Shown: positions 1 through 8,955 of the stretch, piece after piece
Layout of the letters: each line of letters starts with the position of its first letter
How positions within the stretch are numbered: position 1 is the first letter of the stretch
Origin: an uncultured Candidatus Saccharibacteria bacterium
Lineage (GTDB): Bacteria; Patescibacteriota; UBA1384; CAYGGE01
DNA: 64,000 nt
Assembly: GCA_964349485.1 (NCBI GenBank)
Contig: CAYGGE010000001.1
Coordinates: 142,212-206,211 of the forward strand
Direction: 5' to 3'
Position numbers and translations under genes: made by a program
The notes under the pieces: generated by a model
What the model was told of the DNA's origin: nothing
Seen by the model: the letters and a program-made list of their open reading frames with translations, nothing else
Databases searched by the model: none

Positions 1-750
1 AATGTAATGAACATCAGTAAGATGACTGGAAGTACCCTGGGGCCAATCAAACTCTCTGTGAATGAGCTCTCGGATAGTCTCTCTTTAGCTACGTTTAGCT
101 TGTTAGAGAATAACAAGGCGATACCAACACCTAGCGGAATAAACAGATAATTCGCGTAGTAGAGCGGTTCTTTAGTAAAGCCGTGAATCCGAGGGAAGCC
201 AAAGACGTCGCTAGTATAACCAGGATCGAGGCCAGTCAACGCTGGCGGAAAACCGGCCATGTCGCCGAAGAACTGGTATAGGGCAATGAGTGACATGAAT
301 CCCCCACCGATCAGGAGGGCGACAACTACTCGGCGTAAAGCATCGCGATCTTGGAGACTATTGATTACCACTAGAAAGATTACAACCATGAGGAGTAGTG
401 AGATGTAAACAGTCACATGACGGAAAAAATTTAAGGCGTGCGAACCGGTGATTAAGAAGCTAAAAAAGAGGCCGGCTAGGGGGATGGCTAGGGGGTTGGG
501 GGCAATCTTATGTCGATTAAATACGATTGCTAGGGCTAGAAACAGAAATGTGAGGATCCCAATCAGGTGATTAATCTTCAAGCTAAACCCAGCAATGTCA
601 AGGTTGGGTAACCGCTCGAAGGGCAAGAAAAAGGCAATCAAGACTACTCCGACGATCGGATCCTTCGCTAGACGAAGGCTTATTAGCAAAGCCAAGGCAC
701 AGGCAATGATAAGGCTTAAGAATATTGTAGGGGTAAGTAATTCGGCCATG
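1..750 (-). CDS. O-antigen ligase/polymerase (Wzy_C)-like polytopic membrane protein, partial; the C-terminus lies beyond the window start
   Basis: ATG at 748-750 on the minus strand immediately follows the stop of the upstream GT1 gene. Manual translation (MAELLTPTIFLSLIIACALALL...) shows many hydrophobic helices and runs open to position 1 with no stop. The architecture is typical of the Wzy/WaaL family. Confidence 0.45.
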
Positions 751-1857
751 TTACTTTCTGACTTTCATGAAACTATCTAATGTTTCTGTCGCCGTCACGC
801 TCCAGGAAAATTGCTTGGCTTGGTCGATAGTCTCATTCTTTAGTTTCTGATAGGTAGCTTCGTCGGTGAGCAAGGTCGTCAGAGCGCTCGAGATGCTATC
901 CGTATCGTTTGGATCGATCAGTAATCCACCTTTATCCACTACTTCGGGGAGGGAGGAGAGATTGCTGGTGATAACTGGCGTACCAGAAGCAAGGGCTTCA
1001 AGTGCCGGTAATCCAAAGCCTTCGTAGAAACTCGGAAAGGCAAAGAGTCTAGCCTGCCGGTAGAGGGTCGCGATATGAGCATCAGGGATACGGCCCAAAA
1101 ACCGAACAGACTCGACTAGCTTGAGTTTCTTGACTGTCTCAAATATTTCATCATAAAACCAGCCTTTTTGACCAGCGATGACTAAGGGGTAAGTTTTCCG
1201 CAGACCTTCAGGCAGGGCGCCATAAGCGGTTATCAACCCAACGATGTTCTTTCGTGGTTCCAAAGTACCAATAAATAAGAGGTAGTTTGTAGCTTGTAAG
1301 CTGTAAGTGGTAAGGATTTCGGCATCTTCAATTGTGGCCACGGGGGTATAGCGTTCGGCGTCGTAGCCTAGGAGCGTCACATCAACTTTTTTGATTGGTA
1401 CACGAAAGATTTTGTGGAGATCGCGCTTCGTACTTTGACTAACTGTGATAACTCGGCTAGCTTTCTTGACAGCCAGACCGAGTAGCAATCGTTCTGCTAG
1501 TAGTGTTTTGAACGATGGCCTGGCATCGGCAGTTATGAACAAGGCTAAGTCATGAACCGTCATAATGGTTGGGATAAGCGACAGGATAATTGGTAAATAA
1601 CCAGTTGGGGCAAACAGTAGGTCGGCCCTTTTGTGTTTGGCGTCAAGGGTAAGCCAGAGCTGTCGCAAACCAGGGAGGCCACCAATTTTGACTTTTTCAA
1701 AATTGGCCGGCAATTCTACAGGAATTGGCTCTTTACTATAAAGATAGTATTGATTATCGTGATCAATCACCGCTAGCGCTTTGACGAGCTCAGTGATATA
1801 GCGACCTTTTCCTGCTAACACTCCTGCCATCTCACGGGCGTCAATCGCGATCTTCAT
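751..1857 (-). CDS. Glycosyltransferase family 1 (GT4, GT-B fold)
   Basis: C-terminal EGFGLPALEALASGTPVITSN motif (E-x7-E GT1 signature). ATG start checked; ATGA overlap with the upstream gene. Confidence 0.85.
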   Translation of the reverse strand: MKIAIDAREMAGVLAGKGRYITELVKALAVIDHDNQYYLYSKEPIPVELPANFEKVKIGGLPGLRQLWLTLDAKHKRADLLFAPTGYLPIILSLIPTIMTVHDLALFITADARPSFKTLLAERLLLGLAVKKASRVITVSQSTKRDLHKIFRVPIKKVDVTLLGYDAERYTPVATIEDAEILTTYSLQATNYLLFIGTLEPRKNIVGLITAYGALPEGLRKTYPLVIAGQKGWFYDEIFETVKKLKLVESVRFLGRIPDAHIATLYRQARLFAFPSFYEGFGLPALEALASGTPVITSNLSSLPEVVDKGGLLIDPNDTDSISSALTTLLTDEATYQKLKNETIDQAKQFSWSVTATETLDSFMKVRK

Positions 1858-2939
1858 AGCTTGTTCCCGGCAACTGATTCATAGATCATAATCGTTTCCT
1901 TAGCACAGCGCTGCCAAGAGAATTTTTTTGCCCGTTTAAGGCCACGTTCTCGCATCAGTTGCCGTTCTTTCGGATTGGTCATTACCAGATAGAGTGCGTC
2001 CGACCAACCGCTCAAGTCAGTTGGCGAGAGGAGGATTCCAGCATCGCCAATCACTTCAGGCATCGATGAGGTATTACTCGAAATGACTGCAGTTCCCGAG
2101 ACCATCGCCTCAAGCGGCGGTAGGCCAAAGCCCTCATAGAGCGAAGGAAAAGCGAAAACGGTTGCGGCATTGTAAAGTGCAGGCAAGTCTTCGTCTTCGA
2201 CATAACCAGTGAAGATCACATCGTCGTCGAGCTTCAAGTCAGAAACCAATTTGAACAGTCCCTCATAGTACCAGCCCTTTTTGCCCGTGATGACTAACTT
2301 TGCCTGAAAGTCTTGGCGATGCTTCGTTTTAGCATAGGCTTTAACTAAGAACTGGAGATTCTTACGAGGTTCAAGGGTTCCGACATGGAGAATAAACGGT
2401 TCCTCGCCGATGCCATATTTTTTCCGAACGGCCTTGAGCGCTACAGGATCTTCGATTACGCGGTATCGCTCGTCGGCGGCTTCGTGGATGACGGTGATCT
2501 TATCTTCAGGAATATTGAGCACTCGCATGGCATCTCGTTTAGTATGTTCCGAGACGGCAATTAAGTGATCGGCAAAACGATAGGTAAATGGCATCCACCG
2601 ACCAAAGAACTGGCGGGACCAAAAGGGGATGTTCTGGCCGAAAAAGACGGAGATCAGATCGTGAATGGTGACGACGACTTTTCCTCGATAAAAGATAGGG
2701 GTGGAAAAGCACGGCTGATGAAGGATGTCGACGCGGGCTTTTTTGGCCAAACCAGGGATGGTTACCTGGTCCCAAAGCCAGCGCTTAGGGGTCGAAAAAT
2801 CTTGATCACTTTCTGGCTGGAAGAAAGTATAGTCGTTGACTTTATCGATTTGCTCCAGATTCTGGGTGAGGTTAGAAACATAAAAGCCGAATCCTGTTTT
2901 TCGGCCAAGAGTTGTCTGTATGTCGATGCCAATGCGCAT
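1854..2939 (-). CDS. Glycosyltransferase family 1 (GT4)
   Basis: EGFGLPPLEAMVSGTAVISSN motif and GT-B architecture. ATG start verified. Confidence 0.85.
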   Translation of the reverse strand: MRIGIDIQTTLGRKTGFGFYVSNLTQNLEQIDKVNDYTFFQPESDQDFSTPKRWLWDQVTIPGLAKKARVDILHQPCFSTPIFYRGKVVVTIHDLISVFFGQNIPFWSRQFFGRWMPFTYRFADHLIAVSEHTKRDAMRVLNIPEDKITVIHEAADERYRVIEDPVALKAVRKKYGIGEEPFILHVGTLEPRKNLQFLVKAYAKTKHRQDFQAKLVITGKKGWYYEGLFKLVSDLKLDDDVIFTGYVEDEDLPALYNAATVFAFPSLYEGFGLPPLEAMVSGTAVISSNTSSMPEVIGDAGILLSPTDLSGWSDALYLVMTNPKERQLMRERGLKRAKKFSWQRCAKETIMIYESVAGNKL

Positions 2940-2947
2940 ATCGTTCC

Positions 2948-4447
2948 TTAAATGTTTGATTCTTCGGGCGTTACGCCCCGGCTGAAAAGCATTGTTAGCA
3001 TATCTTTCGTGAGTGACCCCGTCAAGAACAGGAGAGCGACATAAATAATGCCGCCGATGATCGTCGCGGTAATCACGTCGACGAATGGGCGGATGTAGAA
3101 CAGGGTCAACCCCATCAGTCCGGCGGCGATCCCGGACATGAAGAGGGTTTTAAGCCTGGGGATGAAACGGAGCTTCTGATAGACGATCATCGATGCAAAG
3201 GCGATCACGATTATCTCGGAAACGATGGTGATGACGGCAGCGGCAAGATAGGAGTAAAGGGGAATTAGTAGCAAGTTCAAGCCGACATTAACTGCGACGT
3301 TGATGGTATTACTCATAATCAATAGTCGTTGTGAACCTTGCGCGACGATCGTGCCGACAAAGAAGTTGCCTATAAAGGCGAAGCCGACTGCCACGGCTAG
3401 AATTTGCATCACCACCGGGGCAGTTATCGGTATTCCACTAATCTGGATAGTGGCTAAAGAGAGGAAGTCTGGCTCACCTTTGGTGGTGAAAGCGATAATC
3501 GGCGTAGCCAGGACAATTGCTCCGACAGTCACACCCCAACCAGCGATTGCTAGTAGATCAAATGTTTTTTGAAGGATCCGATTAGTTCGTATGGCGTCTT
3601 TATTGATAACCTGCGCCAGAGTTGGGAAGACAGCACCCATAAACATGGCTGGGAAGGCTAAGAGAATCTCAAGTATCTTGTATGGTGCACCGTATATACC
3701 GACGTCCAAACTGGGTTTCAGTGCAGACAGGATGACCGAGTCGACCTTGAAGTAGATAATTCCGAGGAGCACATTGATGCCTAGGCTCAGATTCTCCTTC
3801 ATGATCTGTCGCCACATGGAAAGATCGAAGCCGAGTCGTATCTTGGTGAATCGGCCGGCGAAGGCATAGTTTAGCAGGAAAATCACTAGACTACCGCAGA
3901 GTGCGGCCAAGACTATCGGTAGCAAACCGAAGCCAGAACGTATGACGATGTAGGTCAGAATGAGGGTCACCGTTCGACCAATGACTTCGTTGACCACAGG
4001 GTAACGCATCTGTTCGTAAGCTTGGAAGACACCGATTAAGGTATTGGAAAGACTGACCCAAACGGTCGAGACAGCCAAGAGGACGATGCCTAATCGAACC
4101 GTTGGATCGTAACGAGGGACGGCATAAGCGGTGGCGGCGCCGATCGCTAAGACGACCAGAGCGAAGATCAAGCGTAATGTGATCACGTTGGCCGTAATTT
4201 TCTCGGCGTTGGCTTTATTTTTGGCAACTTCTCGGACTAAGTACCAAAAAAAGCCAAAATCGGCTATCGCGCCGAAGAAGGTGACATAGGCAAAGATCGT
4301 GACATAGCGACCATAACCAGCTACACCGAGGTGTTCAGCCACTAGTCGGGTAACCGTAATTGCCAAGGCGGCACCGACGATTCGGCCGATGAATTGCACG
4401 ACTGTATTGTAGGCCACCCGTTTGGCCATGCCAGGATTTTGGGCCAT
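2948..4447 (-). CDS. Polysaccharide biosynthesis protein / Wzx-type oligosaccharide flippase (MOP superfamily)
   Basis: 499 aa with about 12-14 predicted TM helices and composition typical of Wzx/MurJ-like flippases. Sits inside a glycosyltransferase cluster. Confidence 0.7.
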   Translation of the reverse strand: MAQNPGMAKRVAYNTVVQFIGRIVGAALAITVTRLVAEHLGVAGYGRYVTIFAYVTFFGAIADFGFFWYLVREVAKNKANAEKITANVITLRLIFALVVLAIGAATAYAVPRYDPTVRLGIVLLAVSTVWVSLSNTLIGVFQAYEQMRYPVVNEVIGRTVTLILTYIVIRSGFGLLPIVLAALCGSLVIFLLNYAFAGRFTKIRLGFDLSMWRQIMKENLSLGINVLLGIIYFKVDSVILSALKPSLDVGIYGAPYKILEILLAFPAMFMGAVFPTLAQVINKDAIRTNRILQKTFDLLAIAGWGVTVGAIVLATPIIAFTTKGEPDFLSLATIQISGIPITAPVVMQILAVAVGFAFIGNFFVGTIVAQGSQRLLIMSNTINVAVNVGLNLLLIPLYSYLAAAVITIVSEIIVIAFASMIVYQKLRFIPRLKTLFMSGIAAGLMGLTLFYIRPFVDVITATIIGGIIYVALLFLTGSLTKDMLTMLFSRGVTPEESNI

Positions 4448-4526
4448 GACGACAATACTCCTTTACATGGGTGTGATGATGACTGAGTATAACAGGTTTA
4501 AACTGCTTAACCAAGAGCAGAAGCTA

Positions 4527-5072
4527 CTATTTGTTCAGCTCAAAGATCGTACTGCCCAGAAAGTCCCAAGCTAATCGGTTTTGATCAACTGTTCTATCGT
4601 GCTGTTTGCTTGAAAGGGTGATTACATAACTAGTCTGTTCGTGTAGGTTGCGTAGGCCATAGCAGACGCCTCTGGGAATTAGGAGTGCTTGAGTTTGGCC
4701 TGCTCCAAGGACTATTCGGTTGGTTTGGCCTTTGGTTGCCGAGGCGTCGCGGCTGTCGTGAAAGATGGCTAAAAGACGGTTTGAAGGTGGTACGAACCAA
4801 ACATCTTCACGATCCAGATTTAGCCCAAATGCGTCGATGGCCTGAGGTAGGAGTTCGGTAAAGCTAATTTGGGCAACTTGCATGGTCGGCAGCCAATCGT
4901 GCTGGCCCTCACTAAGACGAGCTACTTCGATAGCCATCGCGTTGTCAGAGAGTTGGCTGGGAAGTTTGATAAATTCAAGTCCCTCGATGGTCGATTCCAT
5001 ACGCTCATCGATCTTAGCTAGTTTGTCGCGTACCTCATTTGTGAGATCGGCTGTTGATAGCGTTGCTTTCAT
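4527..5072 (-). CDS. RmlC-like cupin (dTDP-sugar 3,5-epimerase / ketoisomerase family)
   Basis: C-terminal LLIPRGVCYGL...YVITL...AWD resembles the RmlC motif IPxGxAHGF...Y...WND. GAAGGGA RBS lies 5' of the ATG. Confidence 0.5.
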   Translation of the reverse strand: MKATLSTADLTNEVRDKLAKIDERMESTIEGLEFIKLPSQLSDNAMAIEVARLSEGQHDWLPTMQVAQISFTELLPQAIDAFGLNLDREDVWFVPPSNRLLAIFHDSRDASATKGQTNRIVLGAGQTQALLIPRGVCYGLRNLHEQTSYVITLSSKQHDRTVDQNRLAWDFLGSTIFELNK

Positions 5073-5199
5073 TGGGTCCCTTCTTTACTATCATAACAGT
5101 CTGAACCTCATGAGACAACGACATAAGTTAAAACATGTTACAATTACTTTTAGCAGTCAACAGCTACTAATTTACAGATCTAAACGATTATTTTTCTTT

Positions 5200-6381
5200 A
5201 TGTTCTTATTCCTAACCAAATTTAAGTCTATTATCCCAATTATTATCTTAGCTATTCTCGGTCTAGTCGCTGGAGGTATTTTTGGGGTTAAGAGCCGTCA
5301 ACAAACGAAGGTTATCTCCAACGTAAGCGCTGGCCCTTCAACTACTGCAGTTGTGCCAACTTCGACGCCTAGGGGACCAATCGTTCACAAGGTGTCTTCA
5401 CCCATGCCAAGAATTAATGCTCAGCCTGTAGCAAGGGTGACTTTAACACCAAGGGCGCCTGTACTTACCAGAAACGGGCCAGTTAATTGGGGGGTAACAA
5501 TTCGTCCATATCTTACCCCGGACCAGGGTTTTAATCGGGCGTTCCTGCCCAAACAGTTCGTACTCATGAAAGAGCTCGGAGTGACCAGCGTTCGAGCTGA
5601 CTATGACTTCACTCATGTCGACATGAATGATCTGATCGTGGCGCAAGCCAGACAACACAAGATGCAACTTATTTTCATCTTGCCAATGGATCAAAACCAG
5701 CTCGCGACGGACAAAAACCTGTCCAGTAATGTCTATAGGCAAGTCTATGACGTAGTAAAAAAGTATAAAGGTCAAGTCGCAGTATGGCAACTTGGTACTG
5801 AAGTCGCGACTGTGGCCATGAAAAAACCGGATATGAATGGTATCGAATTTACAGATTATCCTGAGGAGACTTATCGACCGGTCGCAACCTGGATACAAGC
5901 GGCTTCACGGGCGACGATCGATGCTGATCCGAGAGCCAAACGGCTTCTCAATGATCAATGGATTCATGCTGGATTCTTCAAGAAATTTCTCGCCGAAGGT
6001 GGTCAGTTCGATATTTTAGGTTGGAATTGGTTCTCCGATATGGGTGGCCCTGAGAGGATCGAAGAATTGCACATCAATGATGATCCGAATCGGCCTTTTC
6101 GACTGATGGATACTCTTAAGAGCTATAACAAAGAACTATGGTTTGCCGAAGTAAACCGTCGCGATGGTGATAGTGATGGCAACCCCGAGGCGCAAGCAGA
6201 TTTCATCGCTTCAATTGCACAGTACGCTAACGCCAACCAGCGGGTGAGTACATTTTTGGTCTTTCTATTGATAGGCGAAGCTGGTTACGGCATTGCCGAT
6301 GCTAATTATCAGGGTGGAACTGTATCCGGCGTCAAAAAGGCTTTTACTCGGTATCAACAGATCATTGACCAGTCCCGCTAG
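5200..6381 (+). CDS. Signal-anchored secreted protein with a possible clan GH-A (GH5/GH113-like) TIM-barrel glycoside hydrolase domain
   Basis: The track ORF 4882-6381 overlaps the convergent RmlC-like gene on the other strand and its ATG at 5072; first non-overlapping in-frame ATG is 5110; the real start is taken as the ATG at 5200 (MFLFLTKFKSIIPIIILAILGLVAGG, a signal anchor). WQLGTEV and LWFAEVN are candidate acid/base and nucleophile Glu motifs. The family is uncertain. Confidence 0.35.
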   Translation: MFLFLTKFKSIIPIIILAILGLVAGGIFGVKSRQQTKVISNVSAGPSTTAVVPTSTPRGPIVHKVSSPMPRINAQPVARVTLTPRAPVLTRNGPVNWGVTIRPYLTPDQGFNRAFLPKQFVLMKELGVTSVRADYDFTHVDMNDLIVAQARQHKMQLIFILPMDQNQLATDKNLSSNVYRQVYDVVKKYKGQVAVWQLGTEVATVAMKKPDMNGIEFTDYPEETYRPVATWIQAASRATIDADPRAKRLLNDQWIHAGFFKKFLAEGGQFDILGWNWFSDMGGPERIEELHINDDPNRPFRLMDTLKSYNKELWFAEVNRRDGDSDGNPEAQADFIASIAQYANANQRVSTFLVFLLIGEAGYGIADANYQGGTVSGVKKAFTRYQQIIDQSR

Positions 6382-6392
6382 GGTTATGCGAC

Positions 6393-6421
6393 TTGACAAT
6401 ACTAGCGTTTCCTGGTATTAT
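6393..6421 (+). promoter_or_regulatory. Sigma70-type promoter (TTGACA-17-TATTAT) driving the rnj leader
   Basis: Exact TTGACA at 6393-6398, a 17-nt spacer and TATTAT at 6416-6421. A leader of about 255 nt then runs to the rnj ATG. Confidence 0.5.
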
Positions 6422-6682
6422 AAACAAAGTAAATCGATACATTGTTCTCAAAGTTCTCAACTTGATTAATTCCTATCCCCGATAATTTTTTTTGTACTCT
6501 ATGCGAAATTCCCTTACCGTTAAACGATCTTACATGCGATGGCAATCAAAATCATGTATTGCGCTTGTAGCGATGAGTCTTTTACTATAAAAAATCGAAT
6601 AATATTCAACTCTGTTCTCGAAAAGAACAATTTGCGTTGCGCTTTGATCTAACTTTAACGCAACGTCAACGAAAGGAAACAC

Positions 6683-8887
6683 ATGGCAGACACTCCATCT
6701 GCAAACCCAATCAAAAAGCCGGCTAGTCCCCGAACTGTGCCAGAAAAAACTGCGCCAGTAGAAAAGACTAAAGCCCAAATCGCGACCGATTTTACTCGGT
6801 CAAGCTCCTCGTCAATCGGTGGACGCCGACGACCAACAGCTGATCGAACCGACCGACCGGTCAAACCAGCCATTCCTCGTGCCGGAACGGTCAAGGAAGT
6901 CAGTCGACAAGGCCGAGGCGAGCATATCCAACCGATTACCACCTCGACCTTTGAGGTACCCAAAGAAAAAATGAATGAGCGAACTGCCCATAAAGAACAG
7001 ACCAAAGCTCATCAGGAAGGTGAGACCTTAGTCTTTGAAAAAATCCAAGCTAAAAGTACTCCCGCGTCAATTCGGGCCCGTCGCGATTCGGCGTCTCGTC
7101 ACGATCGCGACGACCGGCGCGATGCGACTCCAGCCCACTTTGCAATGTCCATGAAAGATATGGAAGATACTAGCCGCAATACGCCAGCAACCATGCCCAA
7201 AACTGCCAAAGTTTTGAGTAAAGGGAAAACTGGCTCACTGCGAATCATTCCTTTAGGTGGTCTTGGTGAGATTGGCAAAAATATCATGGCCTACGAAACT
7301 GATAACGATATCATCGTCATCGATGCTGGCATGACTTTCCCTGACGAAACAATGCCAGGGATCGACCTAGTCTTACCTGACATTACCTATCTGACCGAAA
7401 ATCGTAAAAAAGTTCGCGCGTTGGTCATCACCCATGCACATGAAGATCATATCGGAGCAGTACCTTACGTTTGGCCCAAGCTCGGTTGTCCAATCTATGC
7501 TTCGGACCTGACTGCTGGTTTAATCCGGATCAAGATGGAAGAACACGGTCACAATGATGTGCCGATGCATATTCTGAAGTCTGGTGACCGAGTTCGTTTA
7601 GGTGACTTCGAAGTTGAACCGGTGCGAGTCACCCATTCAATTCCCGATGCCTTCGGTTTTGCGATTCGTACGCCGATTGGTCTAATTGCTCACTTTACAG
7701 ACTGGAAGATAGATCACACGCCAATCTCAGGCGAACCATTCGACTTTGTTCGGGTAGCTGAGCTCTCGCGAGAGGGTGTAAAACTGTTCTTGTCAGAGTC
7801 AACTAACGTGGAAACACCTGGTTATACAGTCAGTGAATCAATCCTCTCTGACACTTTCGATAATATCTTCAAAAACTCCAAGGGTCGAATTATCTTCACA
7901 ACCTTCGCTTCCATGATTAACCGGATTCAACAGGCCCTCGACGCCTCGGTGAAGCATGGCCGAAAAGTGGCTATCTCCGGACGAAGTCTTGAGAAATATA
8001 TTGAAGAGGCGATGAAACTTGGCTTCTTGAAAGTTCCCCAAGGCACCATGATCGATATTCGATCGGCAACCCGAACCCCTGACCATCAAATTGTCTACCT
8101 GACAACGGGGAGTCAGGGCGAGGAATATTCAGCCCTATCGCGTATTTCATCGGGCGAACATCGCCACATTCAAGTCAAGCGTGGTGACACGGTGGTTATC
8201 TCAGCTTCGATCATCCCTGGTAATGAATCGAGTGTCTTTGAAGTGGTGAACAACCTCTACAAGCAAGGTGCCCAAGTTATCTACGGCCGCCAAGTCGACA
8301 TCCACGTTTCTGGTCACGCCAACGAGGAAGAATTGAAGATGTTGATGGCCATGATGAAGCCGGAGTATTTCCTGCCAATTCACGGTGAGTTTCGTCACTT
8401 AGTTAAGCACGGCCGTATGGCTGAGAGACTGGGTGTCGACCCTAATAAGATCTTTATCTTAGAAAACGGTGGTGTCTTGCAGTTTGACGAAAACGGCGTT
8501 GGATCTGTCAGTCCTGAACGAGTTCAAGCTGGCCAAGTACTAGTCGACGGTCTTGGCGTCGGTGACGTTGGCAACATTGTGCTGCGTGACCGCCAAGCCA
8601 TGGCTAAAGACGGCATCTTTGTCGTCATCTTAACTGTCGATAAACAGTCTGGTGCCTTGGTCTCGAGCCCTGATATTATCTCCCGTGGCTTTGTCTACAT
8701 GCGAGCGGCTGAAGACTTGATTCATAAGTCGCGTCAAGAAATCAAACGAATGTTTGCCAAGCACAATGGCCGTTACCCCATGAACTACGACTATATCCGC
8801 CGCATGATCCGCGACGAATTGGGCGAATACCTCTTCGAATTCACCCAACGCCGACCGATGGTCATCCCGGTCGTTATTGAAGTCTAG
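6683..8887 (+). CDS. rnj: Ribonuclease J (metallo-beta-lactamase/beta-CASP) with an N-terminal low-complexity extension of about 185 aa
   Basis: LRIIPLGGLGEIGKNIMAYE...HAHEDHIGAVPYVW (HxHxDH) is followed by beta-CASP and C-terminal domains. AAAGGAAA RBS lies upstream of ATG 6683. The first ~185 residues are rich in R/D/T/P/K and lack a globular signature. Confidence 0.9.
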   Translation: MADTPSANPIKKPASPRTVPEKTAPVEKTKAQIATDFTRSSSSSIGGRRRPTADRTDRPVKPAIPRAGTVKEVSRQGRGEHIQPITTSTFEVPKEKMNERTAHKEQTKAHQEGETLVFEKIQAKSTPASIRARRDSASRHDRDDRRDATPAHFAMSMKDMEDTSRNTPATMPKTAKVLSKGKTGSLRIIPLGGLGEIGKNIMAYETDNDIIVIDAGMTFPDETMPGIDLVLPDITYLTENRKKVRALVITHAHEDHIGAVPYVWPKLGCPIYASDLTAGLIRIKMEEHGHNDVPMHILKSGDRVRLGDFEVEPVRVTHSIPDAFGFAIRTPIGLIAHFTDWKIDHTPISGEPFDFVRVAELSREGVKLFLSESTNVETPGYTVSESILSDTFDNIFKNSKGRIIFTTFASMINRIQQALDASVKHGRKVAISGRSLEKYIEEAMKLGFLKVPQGTMIDIRSATRTPDHQIVYLTTGSQGEEYSALSRISSGEHRHIQVKRGDTVVISASIIPGNESSVFEVVNNLYKQGAQVIYGRQVDIHVSGHANEEELKMLMAMMKPEYFLPIHGEFRHLVKHGRMAERLGVDPNKIFILENGGVLQFDENGVGSVSPERVQAGQVLVDGLGVGDVGNIVLRDRQAMAKDGIFVVILTVDKQSGALVSSPDIISRGFVYMRAAEDLIHKSRQEIKRMFAKHNGRYPMNYDYIRRMIRDELGEYLFEFTQRRPMVIPVVIEV

Positions 8888-8955
8888 ATTCAAAACTTGG
8901 AATATCAAAAAGCACCCACTTGTTCGGGTGCTTTTTGATGTTAGCTTTGAAGAGA

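Noticed and set aside
2539-3572. Small ORFs 2539-2775(-), 2565-2951(+) and 3300-3572(+) inside or antisense to the GT1 and flippase genes
   Set aside because: They are fully embedded in, or antisense to, long genes that carry strong family motifs. They have no RBS and no recognisable motifs, and are typical shadow ORFs.
4882-5199. 5' extension of the track ORF 4882-6381, overlapping the convergent RmlC-like gene on the opposite strand
   Set aside because: This region overlaps the well-supported minus-strand gene 4527-5072. An in-frame ATG at 5200 begins a clean signal anchor, so the upstream part is most likely non-coding read-through of the ORF finder, which also accepts TTG and GTG starts.
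6530-7287. Minus-strand ORFs 6530-6778, 6655-7005, 6812-7012 and 7099-7287 antisense to the rnj leader and N-terminal region
   Set aside because: These are shadow ORFs produced by the skewed codon composition of the Arg/Asp-rich rnj extension, with no supporting signals.
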